Below are positions 62,701 to 64,000 of a DNA stretch of 64,000 nt, one piece after another. Where the stretch lies: contig NC_087250.1 of the NCBI RefSeq assembly GCF_037042905.1, positions 23,190,001 to 23,254,000 on the forward strand. Reading direction: 5' to 3'. The position numbers and the translations under genes are program-made. Position 1 is the first letter of the stretch. Every line of letters starts with the position of its first letter. Source of the stretch: Lytechinus pictus. Lineage: Eukaryota. The notes under the pieces were generated by a model that worked only from the letters and a program-made list of their open reading frames with translations, was not told where the DNA came from and did not search any database.

Positions 62701-63647
62701 GAAACTTCAATTTACAGCTGGTACATAGCCAATCACAGCTCACCGTTTAGCATCCATGGTCTCTTTTGGTTTTATTACATATTGTTTCGCTCTACAGTTC
62801 TAGTCAGTGATGCAATTTTACTCCGATGAGTGCATGTCGACAGCTTCAGTATTTCCGTTTTAAAGGCTATTTCAGGAGACTTGAATTCTAAGTTACTTTT
62901 CCCAGCATAGGAAATTATTCATATCTTATTTTCATCGTAATAGATTCTAAGCTTTCATCTCAATTTCAATAGCTAATAATATGATATAAAAAGATCACTA
63001 ACAGAGGTGTACAGCAAGTCAATGTTAAAATAACATTGCACAGCACAGACTTCCAGTTATTTGTGCATTTATTTGCATTATCATATTGTGTTCAGATTTT
63101 TGAAGTCGGATTGTGTTCTTAGTTATGAGGATTATTTCAATTTACACACATGATTATCGACCCGTTATATTTAAGTTGTGTATTCCCCGATTATCTCTTT
63201 GTTCGTACGTATCATTAATTTTTCGTAATGGTGTTTTCACTTTCAGTTCCTTCGTTGTTCTTGATTTACAGAGATATCTTGTATTCTTTTTTCCCCTTCT
63301 TTCTTAGCGCTTTGAAACTTTCGTATAAATCGCTTTATAAATTTTGTATATTATTATTATTATTAATATTATTTAATAATACAAGTTCAAATACCATCAC
63401 ATTAATTATCATGCAAGACTTGTAAATCGACAACTAGAAAAGGCCAGGTGTAAGCATATATTGACATTTTTTCAAAAGAATACTTTACTGAACAGAACAT
63501 TGGGAAGGCACTACATTTTCATACTTCTATACATGTTTTATTACAATATATTTCAGGCTTACCCGAGGGTCAAGAAATGATGGAACTTGGACACTGGTCA
63601 GCTGGTCAGTTTCCAGGTATACAGGTAGCCATCCTTCCGTTCTTTGC
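29658..63647 (-). CDS. NUP160: Nuclear pore complex protein Nup160 (partial: 25 coding exons, C-terminal ~1038 aa; 5' exons outside window)
   Basis: Hand-spliced GT-AG exons with consistent phases give peptides such as IFKYHLELGHNDEAY, DCLRQFVVVLCE, IVGIIESRARSVDL, LPLTPVFESLA and VWLPYTQLDHLL, in the order I recall for metazoan NUP160. Confidence 0.95.
30158..30604 (+). mobile_element. tRNA-derived SINE with an antisense SINE fragment inserted (30258-30433)
   Basis: A/B-box-like head; AATTTA duplicated around the insert. Confidence 0.75.
30714..30818 (-). CDS. NUP160: NUP160 exon (NPIRPTDPSVWLPYTQLDHLLNALRETRNDPELIK)
   Basis: cag/gtaag, 105 nt; VWLPY motif. Confidence 0.93.
31633..31758 (-). 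CDS. NUP160: NUP160 exon (KLDPGNLLFLYITFDLLEEA...GIEYFGLK)
   Basis: cag/gtatg, 126 nt. Confidence 0.92.
32756..32900 (-). CDS. NUP160: NUP160 exon (AAELAWHLLQTYLERY...LPQWVINSYK)
   Basis: tag/gtatg, phase 2-0. Confidence 0.93.
33679..33774 (-). CDS. NUP160: NUP160 exon (CVKLSRNGADSGSWKWLASNDIGSLNLGREA)
   Basis: tag/gtaag, phase 2-2. Confidence 0.9.
33820..34022. repeat. (CAT/CAC)n microsatellite filling most of a 254-nt NUP160 intron
   Basis: Directly visible. Confidence 0.9.
34029..34155 (-). CDS. NUP160: NUP160 exon (SKMLVDETVSFLVNSGLYDTAIDVCKTFRLPLTPVFESLAH)
   Basis: cag/gtaag, phase 1-2. Confidence 0.94.
34631..34744 (-). CDS. NUP160: NUP160 exon (PRRKVDVLELGDLEKEYQL...HVT)
   Basis: tag/gtaag, phase 1-1. 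Confidence 0.92.
34835..35138. mobile_element. Harbinger-like MITE (partial relatives at 27460-27870, 28510-28760)
   Basis: TIR GGCC(T/C)GTATTCTGAA. Confidence 0.65.
35798..36075 (+). mobile_element. Near full-length tRNA-derived SINE
   Basis: A box TCTAGTGG, B box GGTTCGAATC, AAATGGGTACC core, ATT-rich tail. Confidence 0.8.
36237..36510. mobile_element. MITE family (relatives near 27040-27088, 28770-28865, 63745-63790)
   Basis: TIR GGGCCCCATCTTACAAAGAGTT / AACTCTTTGTAAGACGGGACCC. Confidence 0.6.
36538..36858. mobile_element. Palindromic (foldback) MITE
   Basis: AGTACCGAAGTG...CACTTCGGTACT with arms complementary over most of the length. Confidence 0.7.
37023..37089 (-). CDS. NUP160: NUP160 exon (KTEDMNGLSPKRDYEGTPLSDP)
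   Basis: cag/gtagg, phase 0-1; SPKR motif. Confidence 0.85.
37635..38362. mobile_element. CAGGGTTCCCAC MITE carrying a nested CAGACCTGCCAACC MITE (37875-38297)
   Basis: Both TIR pairs visible; inner TSD TCCATG; uninterrupted copy of the outer element at ~43890-44172; second inner-family copy at 46940-47390. Confidence 0.8.
38401..38570 (-). CDS. NUP160: NUP160 exon (AGSVMYEQATRL...AWIVKPAVSEMEGI)
   Basis: cag/gtaag, phase 1-0. Confidence 0.93.
38650..39030. repeat. Inverted array of short GTC(C/T)A / T(A/G)GAC periodic units
   Basis: Left half GTCCAA/GTCTAA units, right half TAGACC/TGGAC units. Confidence 0.6.
39266..39371 (-). CDS. NUP160: NUP160 exon (IVGIIESRARSVDLLTINYYDLLFAFHTIRGNYRQ)
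   Basis: cag/gtgag, phase 0-1. Confidence 0.94.
40103..40199 (-). CDS. NUP160: NUP160 exon (RRDCLRQFVVVLCEQGRMKQLCQYPYIDLHDE)
   Basis: cag/gtaaa, phase 2-0. Confidence 0.93.
40589..40723. mobile_element. Small MITE (relatives at 28265-28392, 36893-36998)
   Basis: TIR CCGTAACACAAAG(G/C)TTAGC. Confidence 0.65.
41114..41208 (-). CDS. NUP160: NUP160 exon (PTLWVKIFKYHLELGHNDEAYSAMTSNPDPE)
   Basis: cag/gtaag, phase 0-2. Confidence 0.93.
42260..42355 (-). CDS. NUP160: NUP160 exon (VIGLLEQFELRELVISLAKTALSAADTDDPNL)
   Basis: cag/gtacg, 96 nt. Confidence 0.9.
43454..43672 (-). CDS. NUP160: NUP160 exon (GYIRLLSPWCEWN...LYHLK)
   Basis: cag/gtgag, 219 nt; inside ORF 43355-44008. Confidence 0.92.
44504..44722. 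mobile_element. MITE
   Basis: TIR GGGGTGTTGCAAGAAA. Confidence 0.65.
44937..45722. mobile_element. piggyBac-like non-autonomous element
   Basis: TTAA-CCCT...AGGG-TTAA; internal sequence shared with 59428-60184. Confidence 0.8.
45791..45860 (-). CDS. NUP160: NUP160 exon (WPISANFLFEEYLMSKCQYTQLQ)
   Basis: cag/gtagg, phase 2-0. Confidence 0.9.
45861..46471 (-). other. U12-type (minor spliceosome) GT-AG intron of NUP160
   Basis: Donor GTATCCTTTGC; branch-like CCTTGAC ~18 nt upstream of CAG; no clear polypyrimidine tract. Confidence 0.85.
46472..46708 (-). CDS. NUP160: NUP160 exon (EFHLRQMAVLEIS...VKALAQL)
   Basis: tag acceptor; donor GTATCCTTT (U12-type); phase 2-2. Confidence 0.9.
46728..46935 (-). 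mobile_element. SINE 3' portion with (TTA)n tail, next to a NUP160 acceptor
   Basis: Matches the antisense SINE fragment at 30258-30433. Confidence 0.7.
47504..48652. mobile_element. CAG-ended non-autonomous element, 6-bp TSD
   Basis: TIR CAGGGATGCCACT; TSD CAACAT. Confidence 0.8.
48904..51863. mobile_element. P-element-like non-autonomous transposon (~2.96 kb) inserted in a SINE
   Basis: TIR CATAGAGAT(G/A)TATACTAAT; perfect 8-bp TSD ATGGGTAC; SINE head at 48770-48903 resumes at 51864. Confidence 0.8.
51944..53470. mobile_element. CAG-ended element with 6-bp TSD, containing a nested GGCAAGG-TIR element (52095-53362)
   Basis: TIR CAGAGCTGCCAA; TSD TATATG; inner TIR GGCAAGG(T/C)TC(C/G)ACAT. 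Confidence 0.75.
53548..53681 (-). CDS. NUP160: NUP160 exon (LPWSAECIKKLTCDVIPETCTILQAYHSLVWV...KT)
   Basis: cag/gtaag, phase 0-2. Confidence 0.85.
53630..54129. repeat. 86-bp tandem repeat (~5.6 copies) spanning a NUP160 acceptor junction
   Basis: GGTTAACTTCTTAAT recurs at 53646, 53732, 53818, 53904, 53990, 54076. Confidence 0.95.
54345..54955. mobile_element. Kolobok-like MITE family A
   Basis: TTAA TSD, TIRs. Confidence 0.8.
54990..55860. repeat. ~120-bp (240-bp dimer) tandem array derived from a NUP160 exon 3' end and donor
   Basis: CT(C/T)AC donor copies at 55024, 55157, 55284, 55397, 55524, 55637; authentic site at 55769. Confidence 0.9.
55774..55940 (-). CDS. NUP160: NUP160 exon (SHLGQGIAH...LRLEFMQFLLVLECMILRLESQ)
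   Basis: tag/gtgag, phase 1-0. Confidence 0.88.
56443..56579 (-). CDS. NUP160: NUP160 exon (PQNQVIREQVSQALSRIMDP...LAEL)
   Basis: tag/gtaag, phase 2-1, open frame. Confidence 0.8.
57228..57393 (-). CDS. NUP160: NUP160 exon (DPTIIQDIQSLQECINLL...IISN)
   Basis: tag/gtaag, phase 1-2. Confidence 0.85.
57475..57900. repeat. (CAT)n-type microsatellite filling a NUP160 intron
   Basis: Directly visible. Confidence 0.9.
57908..58013 (-). CDS. NUP160: NUP160 exon (NLISVLQPVGLVEDIHMG...SDQ)
   Basis: cag/gtaat, phase 0-1. Confidence 0.85.
58200..58580 (-). mobile_element. tRNA-derived SINE with a Deu-domain-like core
   Basis: Minus strand: tRNA head with GGTTCGAGTCC, then GGACGTTAAA...TTAAGAACCCACTGCACT...AAGAGTAGGGGGAAACCCC, resembling the DeuSINE central domain as I recall it. 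Confidence 0.7.
59208..59273 (-). CDS. NUP160: NUP160 exon (VANKPLGFFLDCNTHMPCLIKR)
   Basis: tag/gtaag, 66 nt, pyrimidine tract upstream. Confidence 0.88.
59428..60184. mobile_element. piggyBac-like non-autonomous element
   Basis: TTAA-CCCTAACTAGGCCGGG...CCCGGCCTGTTTAGGG-TTAA. Confidence 0.8.
60398..60607 (-). CDS. NUP160: NUP160 exon (TYSRS...FLACCVEYHQ)
   Basis: cag/gtaag, 210 nt; overlaps ORF 60356-60568. Confidence 0.9.
61386..61772. mobile_element. Foldback MITE (near-perfect ~390-bp palindrome)
   Basis: Arms complementary over ~160 bp or more. Confidence 0.8.
61778..62358. mobile_element. Kolobok-like MITE family A
   Basis: TTAA TSD, TIRs. Confidence 0.8.
62426..62494 (-). CDS. NUP160: NUP160 exon (EAYLDHIFKPGRFSVQTILKALH)
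   Basis: cag/gtaag, 69 nt, phase 0-0. Confidence 0.9.
63563..63647 (-). CDS. NUP160: NUP160 exon (QRTEGWLPVYLETDQLTSVQVPSFLDPR)
   Basis: cag acceptor, gtaag donor; ends in DPR and joins the next exon in phase 0. Confidence 0.85.
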
Positions 63648-64000
63648 CTGTATGAACATTAACAAATCAACAACTCTATTGAACAGAACCTACTTTGCCT
63701 TTTTGTATGCAACCCCATGAATGGTAAAATGTGGGCAATTCAAGGCCCTGTCTAACAAATAGTTACGATTGATCCAATCAATTGTAAGTCTATGGAACAT
63801 TAACAAATCAACAACTCTCAATGTTTGTTTACATAATGAACAGACCCTACTTTGCCTGCTGTATGCAACCCCATGGGTGATAAAATGTGGGCAATTCAGT
63901 CATCAATCTTTTTGTACATGTACATTCTGGGCACCGCTTTACAAAGTGTTACAATTGATCTGATCAACCGTAAATATGGAAAGTCAACAATATCAATATC

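Overview
AT-rich, repeat-dense eukaryotic DNA from an animal, probably an invertebrate deuterostome such as a sea urchin (inferred from DeuSINE and MITE content). It holds two multi-exon genes, both on the minus strand. (1) The 3' ~three-quarters of nucleoporin NUP160: 25 coding exons from 63647 to the stop at 29658, ~1038 aa, joined by hand with consistent splice phases; the 5' part lies beyond the window. (2) The 5' part of a Crk/CrkL SH2-SH3 adaptor gene: 4 exons, ATG at 17981, complete SH2 plus linker; the SH3 exons probably lie left of the window. Introns and intergenic DNA are filled with non-autonomous DNA transposons (Kolobok-like, piggyBac-like, Harbinger-like, Tc1/mariner-like, P-like, and CAG-ended elements with 6-bp target-site duplications, TSDs), tRNA-derived SINEs, a LINE 3' fragment and microsatellites. 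Most notable observations: recurrent tandem duplication of exon-intron junctions, leaving arrays of decoy splice sites at eight NUP160 exons; a U12-type minor intron in NUP160; a transposon TIR supplying an in-frame alternative donor to Crk; four CAG..CTG elements with 6-bp TSDs; and a possible Penelope-type hammerhead ribozyme remnant. No intact transposase, CRISPR array or prokaryotic system is visible. Most ORF-track entries are noise. All family assignments rest on recalled consensus features, not database searches.
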